64,000 nt of DNA from Octopus sinensis (Eukaryota), in contig NC_042999.1 of NCBI RefSeq assembly GCF_006345805.1, positions 145,266,001-145,330,000 of the forward strand, read 5' to 3'. The notes under the pieces are model-generated. The model searched no databases. It was not told the origin of the DNA and saw only the letters and a list, made by a program, of their open reading frames with translations. A program made the position numbers and the translations under genes. This document shows positions 11,341 to 25,320 of the stretch, one piece after another. Each line of letters opens with the position of its first letter. Within the stretch, counting starts at the first letter, position 1.

Positions 11341-11757
11341 TACTAATACTAACATTAATTTATATATTTTTTATATAAGATTCATATATTTGAAAAATTT
11401 TTAAATATTTGTTTCTGGTTTTCTAGCGTCAGTGACGTCTATATCTATCTCTCGTTATCTCTGTCCCCCCTCTCTCTCTATCTCTCTGTCCATCTCTATC
11501 TCTATATCTATCTACTTCTCTGTATCTATCTGTCTGTATCTTATTTATCCATCTATATATATCTTATTTGTCTAAATAGCTAGCTCTTTCTCTCTCCCCC
11601 TTTCTCTATATCTCACTCACTCTATTATTTTCACATTCATTTTTCAGACGCTATTGCTTTCTCTTTAATTTCAATCGCTATTGTTTTCACTGTAAATTTT
11701 CAATAACTATTTACAAGCAACAACGACAAACTACAGAACTGACAGAAAAAGTTTACA

Positions 11758-12030
11758 ATTACTGATAAAAGTAATTTCTTACATGATTTACTGACAGAAG
11801 TAAATTCCATAAATTTCACTTCAATCCGCACACTTTGTTAAATTTGCCTACAAATTTCTTATTTACATTTGTAAAGTTTTGTGTTTTTTGTTATAGATGA
11901 AATTACTGATAAAAGTAAGTTCATAATTTACTGACAGAAGTAACTTCAAAAATTTCACTTAAATCCGTACTCTTTGTTAATTTTCCGAAAAATTTCTTAT
12001 TTACTTTTGCAACGGTTTTGTGTTTTTCTG
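11758..12030. repeat. Two diverged tandem copies of a ~143-bp unit
   Basis: ATTACTGATAAAAGTAA..TTTACTGACAGAAGTAA..AATTTCTTATTTAC..GTTTTGTGTTTTT occurs twice. Confidence 0.7.
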
Positions 12031-12599
12031 TTGTTAACGGCTTTTTTCTGGTTCCTTCGATGCTGGCTTTTTGGTTCACTGACAAGTTTCGCTTCAAGCT
12101 GTACAATTCTTTATTTTCTGTTCAAATTTCTTATCTACTTTCTGCCCGTCGTATCAAGATACCATGAAGTTTCTCGAATTGAGCTTTATCATTTAAGCTT
12201 AATTAAAATATAGTTTTTTTTTTATATAAAAAAGTTAATTATACTTAAATCCAATTTTTTGCCTTATATTTTTTTCATGATATTTTACTTCACAACTGTT
12301 TTGATGCAAATCTTTGATGCATGGGAACAAAACTATGAAATTCTTCATGCTTTCTTCTATCATTGAAGCTAAGATAAATATATTTTGCTTTTAAAGTAAA
12401 ACAAAGTTATTTAGATCTAAACTTGATTGGTGGCATTACTTACTCTCCTATAAAGTTGCTACAAATATGCATGTAGGTACAGCCATGTGTATAACTATCT
12501 ATATCTATGCTTATGTACATATATATCTGTGTACACGTAAACACACACATACTCACATACATATAGAAACGGACACACAAAAGCACACCACCAAAAATA

Positions 12600-12651
12600 C
12601 ATATGCAGTGATACCAATATTTAAATAAACGTATGTTTATAAGCATATATA

Positions 12652-12721
<70 letters not shown>

Positions 12722-12735
12722 CATACATATATATA

Positions 12736-12778
<43 letters not shown>

Positions 12779-12852
12779 TATATAGACATATACATACATG
12801 TATAGACACATACATATAGAATGTATACATGCATACATGCATACGCACATAC

Positions 12853-12883
<31 letters not shown>

Positions 12884-12885
12884 CA

Positions 12886-12916
<31 letters not shown>

Positions 12917-13328
12917 GGATCTGTATAAGCTGCTGGTAAACATGTTGTTTGGATTTTCGTAATATTACTATTATATTTTCCTAAGAATATTACCTGTCAA
13001 ATCCTGAACTCGTTTTTTTATGAAGATGATTACAAAACTCCTTATAAATACCAAAGATGAACTGAAGGCAAGGAATATGGCAACATTCACCAACTCAAAC
13101 AAGGAGACCGTCCAGAAGTCGACTGGAGGCCGTGGTTGAAGCCAATGGCGATTTTATTGAATAAATTTAATCTTTAGTATTTCAAGATATCGTTATGCAA
13201 TTTTGATAAATATTTCTCTTAAAATGAGATGTCAGTGATATTTTCATTCTTGCATAATTTAGACGGCATTTTATTCACATATGCAGTGATACCAATATTT
13301 AAATAAACGTATGTTATAAGCATATATA

Positions 13329-13386
<58 letters not shown>

Positions 13387-13404
13387 CATACATAATATAT
13401 ATAT

Positions 13405-13473
<69 letters not shown>

Positions 13474-13552
13474 TAGACATATATAGACATATACATACAT
13501 ATAAACACATACATATATACATGTATACATGCATACATGCATACGCACATAC

Positions 13553-13583
<31 letters not shown>

Positions 13584-13601
13584 CATACATACATACATAC
13601 A

Positions 13602-13632
<31 letters not shown>

Positions 13633-13749
13633 GAATCTGTATAAGCTGCTGGTAAACGTGTTGTTTGGATTTTCGTAATATTACTATTATATTTTCCTAA
13701 GAATATTACCTGTCAAATCCTGAACTCGTTTTTTTATGAAGATGATTAC
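12600..13749 (+). repeat. Local direct duplication (12600-13033 and 13278-13749) separated by a mariner 3' fragment (13039-13278)
   Basis: Both copies run from CATATGCAGTGATACCAATATTT to ATGAAGATGATTAC with the same microsatellite order. Confidence 0.85.
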
Positions 13750-14029
13750 TAACGTCCAATGCTAACCTAGATTTTTGGTTTGTAGTGTTGCAGTTTTGAA
13801 GTTCATTGATTATGTTTGATGGTCTCAAATCACATTATCTTTTATTGATCCACACTTTGCTGTATTCTTGTCCTTCCCTTTCTGAAGCATTAGCAAGTCT
13901 TTGCAATCTGGTTATGTATAGTGATCAAACAACTTTTCTCTTGATGCAAGGAAACAAATTTGTTAGAGACTAATATAACTGATTGGATAGATCTTAGTTC
14001 TCTCCTCTAGGTCCATAACAAGAAAGATA

Positions 14030-14525
14030 GATGGTATGAGAGGCATTCATTATTGGGGTCGACTAAAAAACCCCAATCTTTATGCTCTCCAACGCCGCCG
14101 GGAGCGCTACATCATTTGTGTTATGTGGAAAATATTCCATCAATATTACACATATGATGTTGGCATCAATTTTAAAATCCATCGAATACTTGGACCTCAT
14201 GCTATACCCCAATCTACAAAAATCGAACTCGGTACACATAACAACATTACTTTACAATTACTTTACCTCAACCGGTCCATCTTTCTTTAATACCATACCA
14301 AAATACGACAAAACGGAAATGGATCCCATAAAATTCAAATGTTCACTGGACAAATTTCTTCAAAAAATCTCGGACCAACCTCCAACACCCAGATACGTCT
14401 CCAACAATAATAACTCTTTGCTAGAGTGGGCTATGGCGCCCCATATATGACTAAAAGACTTCACCAGGTGGTGCTATTGAGTTAGACATGGCCTGGGCCT
14501 ATACTGGCCGAAACCTATCAAAGTT
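14030..14525 (+). mobile_element. CR1/L2-group LINE 3' fragment
   Basis: Encodes YWGRLKNPNLYALQRRRERYIICVMWKI and FKCSLDKFLQKISDQPPTP. The tail GGCC..GGCCGAAACCTATCAAAG recurs inverted at ~54858-54925. Confidence 0.8.
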
Positions 14526-14862
14526 ATATATGTATATATATATACATAAAAGTAGATAAATGGTACAATAAGGCATATATATATATACAAAAATTTATAA
14601 TTATAAGCATAATTATAATTTGGGTTCAGCAAAATTGCTTCACCACATACCGAAATTTAGCAATAGCAGTTAAATACTATTCCACTACCAAAAGATATCT
14701 CCCAGACAGCAATATTCCCAACTCACGCAGGTAAAGAGGGAAAAAAAACGAATCCACCCGGCTCTTGATCAACTATATATTAATTATATATATATTAATA
14801 TACACATATTAATTATTAATTTTTATTAATTTTACCGTTTATTATTATTATTATTATTTATA

Positions 14863-14933
<71 letters not shown>

Positions 14934-14989
14934 GTATATATATGTACATATATATATGTATATATAATATATATGTACATATATACATT

Positions 14990-15475
14990 TATATTTACGT
15001 AAGTTGAACGCAGATGCTATTCAAATTCTTTTACTTTCGTCATATGTTTCGAAGACAACATAGGTTTTATTCCAAAGGAATAAACGGTGTAAAATGCAAT
15101 CTTCTCATCAGGAAAGAAAGAGAATCTATCTCAACAACAAGACATTATAACAAAGGCAGACACTAGGAAGAGAAGGGATAAAGAAATAATAAGTAGAGAA
15201 CGAATAATGAGGGATATATTCGTTGAAAAAATGTTCAAAGGCTTGGAAGTAGATTTCTCTATTGTAGTAAAGTGCAAGTTGAATTAAATGTTCAAAATAT
15301 AAAGACTGGTAAAATCACTTATATGAGCTAAAGGTATGTTTTTGCCAGTGCTTACATTTGTATGATCGCTCTATAAGTGTGTTGACAAGGTGATTCTTAA
15401 TTTTGCTACCCTGGTAACTGTTTATTGTATTTTCATGTTAACGGTAAACAAAGGATAATTCATTCATCCATTTAT
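14990..15475 (-). mobile_element. PLE pLTR relic (same family as 10575-11135) with a mutated HHR at 15033-15117
   Basis: The minus strand reads CTTTC-CTGATGA-GAAGA..TCTTC-GAAA-CATATG-AC-GAAAG, where U16.1 has become A. The ORF end VIERSYKCKHWQKH is present. Confidence 0.72.
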
Positions 15476-15510
15476 ATATTTACATATATATATATGCATG
15501 TATAAATATA

Positions 15511-16200
15511 CTAGCAGTAATACCCGTCGTTCATCGGATAATTACTTTTACTCTTTCTCAGGAGTCACATTCAAAGTATTATTATATATATAATAGATTT
15601 CTCAACGGGGATTTCAGGGGAGAGTTTCAGGGAATCGCTGGCGATGTATCGTGATGAACAAAATCCGGCCTGCTAAAATTTGGTTAAAGTGATTCAAACT
15701 GCAGACTCAACGCAACATGGTCACATTTAATTCAAAGCATTAAAAATGTTATGAAAACAATTGGTATGTGTTCACAAGGTCCAAATGATTAATACGAAAA
15801 AACCCTCCAGGCTACATCCCGAAAATTCATTTCTTTGCCGAATTTGTACAATGTTTGCGGCGATTCGTTTTTAATATCTTGATTTTTTATTTTTTCATGC
15901 AATTTACGCATGCTTGCACGCGTGGGAACACAGTTCACGTCAAAAGCTGACTGAGTAAAGTTCACTATTCAATGCATGGGATAAGGGCCTAAACAAACAC
16001 ATTATCGATTTTTGCACTTGCGAGATAAATTTCGGAACAGAAATAGCGCAGTTCAATTTTCATTTGCCTAAACTTTAAGTGACCCACTTTTGGTGGTTCT
16101 ACGATTTGTTGGCTAGGAGGAGATGTGCCGGGAAGTTAAACACACAGACACGCACACAGATACACACACAGACACACAAGTTGAGTTTTATATATATAGA
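15511..16200 (-). mobile_element. Non-autonomous Helitron
   Basis: The minus strand starts TCTATATATATAAAAC and ends with a hairpin plus CTAG. It is inserted between A and T with no TSD. Confidence 0.75.
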
Positions 16201-16238
16201 TATGTTCATATGTATATATATATATATGTATATGTGCG

Positions 16239-16269
<31 letters not shown>

Positions 16270-16512
16270 GCATATGTCGATATGCATATATACACATGTA
16301 TATGTGTATATATACATATATATAAGTATATATATAGGTGGAGTTCAATTTGACAACTCCACTAGAATATATGATATATGATGTATAAAAACATGTAATA
16401 TACAAATAAATATCTGTAAATATAAAACCATCCGCACTTCTGAGTACCTCATTTCTTCTAATATAAAATACCTGTACATCATCTCCAAACCTTCTAATAT
16501 ATATATATTATA

Positions 16513-16565
<53 letters not shown>

Positions 16566-16749
16566 ATATACATAAATCCATATATATATACGTATATGTA
16601 TATGTATATATACATATACCGACCAGACCATCAGATGTTGTTACACATCGCTGGTCACAATGCGTTCGCATTGTTTTAGCCTTCGAATGACGCCACCCCG
16701 CTGGCTAAGCGAACAGGCCATAATATATATATATATATATATATATATA

Positions 16750-17040
16750 ACGGTGATTTTTAAAGACACACTTTTCAAATAAATTTTATAAAATGTGTTA
16801 TGAAGTTGTTGCTAACCTTTTTTAATAACAAGGTTTTTTTCTAGTGTCTGAGTGTTTTCGTTAAACCGTTTCAAACCACACGTGCTGAATAACTTCCTCT
16901 TTAGGATCACGTGCGTTTTAAAAGGTTTAGCGAAAGCGCTCACACACTAGAAAAACACGTCTTCCCTTAAAAGTTTAGTAACATCCTCATAACAGTTTTC
17001 ATAACATTAGAAAAAATTTGTTTTTTAGAAATCATATTTG
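16750..17040. mobile_element. Old foldback or MITE-like element with long imperfect inverted arms
   Basis: CTAGTGTCTGAGTGTTTTCGTTAAACC..CACGTG is matched by CACGTG..GGTTTAGCGAAAGCGCTCACACACTAG, and the outer arms also match. Confidence 0.6.
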
Positions 17041-17142
17041 CACTTCAAATACTGTATTAAGTAAACCATTTATATTTATGTATGTATGCATGTATATATA
17101 TACCTATATATATATATACATATATATACATACATATCTATA

Positions 17143-17180
<38 letters not shown>

Positions 17181-17224
17181 CTATCTATCTATCTATCTCT
17201 ATATATATATTATATATATATATA

Positions 17225-17256
<32 letters not shown>

Positions 17257-17911
17257 CACATACATACATATATATGAATCTTTATATACTGCTGGTAAAC
17301 ATCACATCATCTTTTATTGATCCACACTTAGGTGCACTCTTGTCCTTCTTCTGTAGCAAGTCATTGCAATCTGATTATCTATAGGGTTCTCAGCTCAAAG
17401 AACTTCTCTCTTGATGCAAGGAAACAAATTGGTTAGATAGGTCTTAGTACTGGCATTTTTTAACATAGAATGCCGGAAAGGTAGAGACGTCTTTTTGAGG
17501 GATTTATACGAAACTAAATTGGTGAGAGTAAATTCAACAAAGCATTTATCCAGCAAACATTTTCCCGTTTCTTGTTTACCAGCTCTCTCTCTCTCCCTCT
17601 CTGCCTCTCATTATATATATATTATATAATATATAATATATATATATATATATAATATATAAGACTTGTTTATTTATATTTCCTGAGCGCCATACTAATA
17701 CAATTGTTCGTTTGTTTTCCACCTGCCTTCGTCTTTTTGTTTATTTCATAAAGCTTCCCGTTATATATATATATACACATATATATTATATATATATACA
17801 TATATATCCACATTCTTTCTTATTACATATATGTTTATATCAATGATTATGTATTTCCCGTTTCTTATTTACCAACTCTCTCTCTATCTCTCTGTCTCTC
17901 ATTATATATAT

Positions 17912-17956
<45 letters not shown>

Positions 17957-19184
17957 GTAAAGTATAGAAGCCATCTTAATATGGCTAACCACATAGGGGA
18001 GGGGGTGTTACTGTAGCTTTATAGCCCCAGGAGATCGTCGTCTCCAGCTGGCTTTAGACACCATTTCAGTGCCCTTTAAGTATTTGCAAAGGGAGGCCAT
18101 CCCTTCCTCGCAAGCCTGAGTGATACGCTCGGACTAGTTTCGGGATATATATATATATATACATATATATATCCACATTCTTTCTTATTACATATATATA
18201 TATATCCACATTCTTTCTTATTACATATATGCTTATATCAATGATTATGTATTTGTATTGAACTCTAGCAGTATTACACACACACACATGCAGACTAATG
18301 GGTAGATAGCTAAATATATAAATAAATGGATAGATAGGCAGATATATGAATCTGCATATACATTTCATTAATCTTTTTGGATCAATATGTATGACACCAA
18401 AAGTAATGACACTACTTGTGTTGATTAATTGCTGTTAAAACGAAGTTTGTGAATGTGTGCATGTATTTGCATATGTATATATATACACATATGTGTGTAT
18501 GTCCGCGTGCGTGTGTATGTGCGCGCGTGAGTAATGGGGCAAATATGACGACGCCCACCACGATTAAAACGATGAAGTTAATGATATTTTGAATAATACA
18601 GCTGATACAGAGAGAACAGAATATTGTGAAACAGTGTTAGATTAAAAAAAAACTGACTAGAATAAATGAAATGAAAAGACCTTAAAGCGAAAGAACACAC
18701 ACACACACACACACATATATAAATGCACGCACACACAATATATAGAGAATGAACAAAACAACAATATTTACCTGTAAATATCAGGAGCGTTTTCCTTAAT
18801 CTTTGCAATTAATATCGAACAGTCCAACGCAAGTAGTGTCGTTATGTCGATGTCATACAGAGAAATGGTGACAGAGAGCAAGAATCGAAAGATGCGCAGT
18901 AGTAATGAGTGTAAACCGAACTCCCGAGGTAATACTAAAACTCATGAATAAATGAACGAATTTGTAACAATCATTTTGGCTCTGAGTCAATATATTTTTT
19001 TGTGGACGCATATCTGAGAGCTACGCAAATCCATCCACATATTTATATATATATACAAACACACAAACATATGTGTGTATATATGTATGCGTACGTGAGC
19101 GTATACATTGTAGAGAAGTGTAGCGACAGACGAAAAACGCTCCGACTCAGATGATTTAATCATCATCACACACACACACACACA

Positions 19185-19224
<40 letters not shown>

Positions 19225-20961
19225 GCACACACACACGCACACACACATGCACGCATACACGCATAAAAATGTGTGTATCTAACATGAACATATTTGTAAT
19301 AATGATGTTTACAGTAAATTATAAGAAAATTAATAATTCGTAGAAATATAAGAAAAATCAACGGCATATTTATGTATTTTTATCTGACTCTCTCTGTCAT
19401 TCTCTCTCTTTCTATTTTCCCAATCTTTCTAAGAATTGTTAATTTTCATTTTATTTAACCGAAACTCAACTGCAACTATGGAACAGTATTTCTTTTACAG
19501 AAACACGCACATATAATTTTTTCGTTCCATTCGCACCCCTCTACTCTACTGATGATAAAGTCGAGTTTCAACATCTAAACTGGTTCACTCACAAGAAATT
19601 CTTAGTGAGAAAGTTGCTAGACACCTAACAGTAGAACTGCAAGATATGTCATAGGGCGGAGGATCTCAACGACTATCCAGCAACAAAGTCCGGTACACAG
19701 ATGTAATCGAGACGGTGAGTGAGCGCGCTCTTAGAGCACTTGGAAGTGATGGATTCCTCGTTCTCGTCAGAATATCCATACAAAACCAGCAGTTGATGCT
19801 CCCACCTGCCATCTCGATTTGCATTTTCATTGGATTATTGTAGACAATATTAAGAGAATGGTATTCCTATTGTGTAAGAGTCTGTTATTGTAATACATAC
19901 AGAGTACAGTTACTTTCAATCACTGTAATACGTTATATCTCTCATAACTTATATGTAAACAGCTCCAACACACATGGTTGACAGTGACTTCGAAGTTTCT
20001 GTCCATAGTTAAATCACCTCGTATATATTAATTTACCTATATATTGTTTATACATGTATTTATTTCCTTACAGATCAATAGGCCCATAGAAAAATGCATC
20101 ATCTTTATAAATTCAAAATGTATAGGCTATGTTAGGTGTTAGGTCTACAATAATATAATGTAAACACAAATAACCACGCTAGAAAAGTCTAATAAATATT
20201 TAAAGTAACATATATTATAGTAACATAGTTCTTCGACCCTAACATTCCCAAAACGCACAATTTAAAATTTCTTCATAGAAGCCATTAAGCATAGCGTAGA
20301 CACCAACACAAATACAACCTCATTCTGATATGTTCTAGATGACTAACTGATTCATCTACAGACATTTTTTGTGAACCTTAAACAACAAAATCCAGTTTTA
20401 TATACAAAGAATGTCGTAATCTGAATTTTAACACACCTGTTTACACAGTTACTTCATCACCTAACTGAATCTTAAATAATAAGAAAATTCTCACACAAAC
20501 CGAATAAACTATTCTCACAATAACTTTCCAACAAGTCATGCCCTAGAAACATGTTTCCTTCCTCCCCAGCTCTATCACTCTTCCTAAACTTACCCTACCT
20601 ACTGCACGTCTAATTATCATTTCACATAGCTCCGTCAATCCATTACAACCCTCGCAGCTAATCGAAAACTATATAAAGGCAAAAATAACCTATGTATATA
20701 ACCTATGTATATAATAGTCTGATGAAGGCAAATAAGTCAAAACTTGGGAGTCTTTGTCAACCTTTTCCTTGCAAAATTTTCATGTACACACATATATGAC
20801 CAAAATAATTCTTAGACCTGAGAACAAAAGAATTCGTTTTATCACTTTTACTTGCCAAGTCAAAACTCAAAAGTGAGTTAAACTATTTATTATTTCAGGG
20901 AGCTGTTGCCGTTCGACATTAATAAATGTATGTGACCCTTATTCTGCGATTTAAAAGGAAG

Positions 20962-21016
<55 letters not shown>

Positions 21017-21289
21017 GCGGGAGGGGTGAGGAGATCGTATCTCTTTTGCAGGCCACATAACACAAGTTTATTTCGTGTTATTGAGAGATAAAAGCCTTTG
21101 CACGGTTGCTGTATAACGTGCAGTGTACATGCTAAATTGAGTCTCCGACCTTATCTATCCATTCTATATATGTGTGAACTGAACTGGGGTGGGGTGTACT
21201 TGGTCATCTTTGATATTTTTAACAAGTTTGATTATTTAGAATAATCAACATATTGCTAATTATTAAAAAAAAATTAACATATACATATA

Positions 21290-24200
21290 CCCACGCCTAT
21301 TCCCCATTTTTTAAGGAGGAGATAGCCATAACAAGACGCCTACCAAGCATTCCATTAATTTTCCAGCTCAAAGAGATGAGCCCCGTTCTATGTTCTGGTC
21401 AAGGCAACCTCCAATATCAGCAGCGGGGCCCGACAGCATATGCTGCTTTACCCCCACCGCATCATGCTGGTTCCGTACCCCTTTGAGCAACAGCAAATTC
21501 ACTCATCCCTCCACAGACACTCTCCAAGCTTTCTTATCATTTATAAACTCTCTTGCCTCTCTCACTCCAACACCTCCAACAACCAAAGCTTTCCTAACTC
21601 CATCCATCCACACAGACCGAGGTCTGCCTCTGGCTCTGCTGCCTACCACTTCTGCCTTCATCACCCTCCTTACCATCCGCTCCTCAGACATCCTTTCCAT
21701 GTGACCAAACCATCTCAACATTCGTATTTCCATTTTAGTTGTTAGTTTCTCTCTCATTCCTGCTCCCTTTCGCACCTCCTCATTCTTAATCCTGTCTATC
21801 CGTGTTACACCAACAATAACTCTCAGATATCTCATCTCAAACACATCTAGTCACCTCCTTTCCGCCTCTTTCAACCCCCACGTCTCTGCACCATATAACA
21901 TTGTCGGCACAATCACGCCCTCATACACAGCCTCTTTTAGCTTTCATACTCAACCTTTTACCTCTCAGCATACCTTTCAACAACTCCAAGTATCTTACTC
22001 TCCTCCCTCACTCTGTATCCCACTTCCTCAGCCAACCCGTCATCTGCCATCACGTGATCCCAAATACTTAAAAACACTCACCTCCACTAACTCTCACGAT
22101 TTATACTCACATCCATCCTACTAGCCATTCCATCTCTCGAACATGCCATCACTTCACTCATAGCTACAGTCACTTCCAGTTTCTTCCTCTCACACACGTT
22201 TCCAAACTCTACCACTAGTCTGCTCAGTTGCTCTTCTAAATCCGTCACCAGTGCTGTATCATCAGAAATCAACAACTGACTCACCTGCCATTTCTCCATT
22301 TTCTTCCACCATTTGGGCTTCCCTACCAAAAGCTCTAGCATTTCCTTCTCTCATCACACCATCAATATATAAATTAAACAGCTACGGAGACATCGCACAA
22401 CCCTGACTTAACCCCACCTTCACATCAAACCACTCACTTCACCACCCACCCTTACGCACGCCCTACTTTATTAAAATTATGAACAGCTCTCAATAATCTA
22501 CCATCTCCATACAACTGCAATACATTCCACATTGCATCCTTATCCACACGGTCATATGCCTTCTCTAGGCCCATAGAGACCCGATCCACCTCCCTCCCTT
22601 TTGCCAAAGCTTCTCACACATCTGCCTTGCTACAAATATTTGATCTGCACATCCCATTCCAATCCTAAAACCACATTGCTCCTCCCCTAGTACACTCTCT
22701 GTCTCATTCCTCACTCTTACAATCAGAATTCTCTCATACAGTTTACCAACCACACACAACAGACTTATACTCCTAAATTTTTCACACACACATTTATCCC
22801 CTTTCCCCTTGTACAGTGGCACTATACAAGCACTGCACCGGTCCTTTGGTACTCTTCCAGCCATATAACTAACATTCATAAGCCTTACTACCCATTCAAT
22901 CACTGTCACTCCTCCTTTCTTTAGGCATTTCACTGTGCATCCATCTATTCCTGGCGCCTTCCAGTTTGCCATCTTCCGCAAGAATTCCCTCGCCTCCTCC
23001 CTACCAGTTGCACCGTAGTTCAATTCTCCAACAACAGGCATTCTCCTCTCTCCTCCTACAGCCATTATACTTGCCTCCCTAACATCCTCCACATTTAACA
23101 GCTCGCTAAAATACTCTGCCCATCTTTGTACATCCTCACTTCCTTTTAACAAATTTCCATTTACATCCTTCACCCTTTCTTTCCTTCCTCCAACCACCTT
23201 TCCTACCCTCTGTACCTCTTTCCAAAACATCTTTTAATTTCTTACAAAATTTCCACTAAACTTTTTCACTAACCTTTCACTCGCCTCCCATTTCGCCACC
23301 CTCACCACGTAAGCCTCTCTATCCCTTTTCTGCAACCACTCTTCAAAGCCCCTTTTTCTTTCCTGCCACCGCATCCCTTACCTGCTCATTCCACCACTCA
23401 TTACCTTTTCTCACACCCATTCCAACCACTCGTGTACCACATACCTCAAAGGCACATCTCATTACTGTCTCTCTAAAAGCCTCCCACTCCTCCTCCACAT
23501 CTCCTATCTCTCATTTCTTAACCTGTTCATATTCACCTCTCAGTTTCTCTATATACTCCTATTCCTTCCCTCTCCTATCCAGTTCACTCACCTTCACAAC
23601 CTTCTCCCTGTCATTAGTCTAGTATTCCATTTTGAGCACACCTTCAACTTACCCTGTACTAAGAAGTGATTTGACTCTCCTCCACCTTTACCTCTCATTA
23701 CATGCACATCCACCAACCTTCCTACCACTTTCTTATCAATTAATGCATGATCCATTAAGGCCTTATCCACTACTGTTCCTCCTTCTACCTTCCACCTCGT
23801 AAATTTATTCTTCTCTCACTTTTTTAAAAGGACTATTCCCCACCACCAACTTCTGCTCCATAAAATTCCCAACAACCTCTTTCCACTCTCATTCCGACCA
23901 GGAACTCCATATTTTCCTACTACATTTTCTGCTCCCTCATTTCCCACTCACGCTTTCAAATCACCCAACACCACCATATTCCCAGTCCCGTCGCTCCCAC
24001 CCCTTTTAGTCGCCTCTTACGCCTCGCAGGGAATACGGCGACTGCATTCTATCGACCTCCTCAGTCGCAATAGAGTGGTTTGCTAGTTAACCCATAGCTA
24101 GGAGCCTTATAGTTACTACCACTCCGGGCCAGAGAATAGACCCGAGAAAAATAGTGGCTTAAAAGATGGTTCCACATTCCTCAAACCCTGAAACCAGGGT
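21290..24200 (-). mobile_element. RTE-clade LINE relic (APE C-terminal half plus RT) with a 5' internal deletion
   Basis: Encodes VVLGDL..VGKYGVPGRNESG (APE), then KAPGIDG, IVPLYKGKGD, RSISLLCVVGKLY, EEQCGFR..CADQIF and MLRWFGHMERM..RGRPRSVWMDGV. Confidence 0.88.
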
Positions 24201-24650
24201 CCCAGGTTCCCACTAGCGGATGTAGTTTATAGTCATACCCAGGACTAAATTAAACAAAAATTAAACCAAATATTTATGACGGAATCGATTGTAAAAGCAA
24301 AGTATACATGTAGCCGTGTATTATAAAACTTGCGAGTATTTGACATTGTCTTGCTCGCTTACGTTCTGGCATTTGCTGAATTTTCTTGAGAACAATCATT
24401 TCATAGTGGTCAGACCATATGGAGTCTTCTTATATGCATGTAATATCATTTTTCTGAAGCTTCAGATTTTTTCAATATGCTAGGCCACTGGTTTAAATTG
24501 ATATTAATCAAATTAATATTCAATTTTTTACCCTTATTATTTAAATTTATATATATATATACACACTCACATTTAAATATATGCATATGCACATGTATAT
24601 ATATATATATTTATATATATACATATATATGTAAACATATTTATATATGT

Positions 24651-24681
<31 letters not shown>

Positions 24682-24784
24682 ACACACACACACACTATAT
24701 ATATATATATATATACACACATATATATATATCTATTCATATATACGTATGTATAACATATATGTATGCATAATATGTATATAT

Positions 24785-24990
24785 GTACGAGGAAGTGTTG
24801 AAACGTTCCTGGCTTTGGGTAAAAGAAATTAAAGGAGAATCATTATGATTTTATTCAACATATTCTCTCTCAGATTCACACATTGCAGCAGTCCTTCAGC
24901 TTTTCTAAGCCCTGTAAAGCACTTAGAAGGTTGGGCCTCCAACCAGACCTTTCGTAACACCCTTAAAGCCAAGACCTTTTCAGCACTTCC
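24785..24990 (+). mobile_element. Mariner-type MITE (3' end eroded)
   Basis: Starts TA-CGAGGAAGTGTTGAAACGTTCCTGG. It is the same family as 35344-35539. Confidence 0.65.
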
Positions 24991-24991
24991 T

Positions 24992-25050
<59 letters not shown>

Positions 25051-25157
25051 GTATGTCTGTCTATCTCTCTGTCTCTGTGTGTCTGTCTGTCTATCTGTCT
25101 ATCTGTTTGTCTATCTGTGTGTGCGTCTGTCTGTCTAACTGTCTGTCTATCTATCGA

Positions 25158-25320
25158 CATGACGGTCTTCCACACGATATCCGATTATCTAATTTACTCA
25201 AAAGGTATTGATCGGCCTTGGGCTGTAATAGTAGACATTTGGTCACGGTGTCGCGTAGTGAGACTGGACCTATAACCACGTCGTTACAAAGCGAACTTCT
25301 TCACGCAACCATACTTGCGC
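25158..25320 (-). mobile_element. Degraded tRNA-derived SINE 5' part
   Basis: Similar to the SINEs at 37455-37645 and 40128-42272. Confidence 0.55.

Noticed and set aside
18770-19715. Possible host exons (minus-strand donor near 18772; plus-strand acceptor at 19500 and donor GTGAGT near 19715)
   Set aside because: There is no ATG-led or stop-free frame with recognisable homology, and splice-like motifs alone are insufficient.
24003-24060. HDV-like ribozyme in the RTE 5' UTR
   Set aside because: It ends in a CUAA-like motif, but I could not place P1, P2 and P3 partners.
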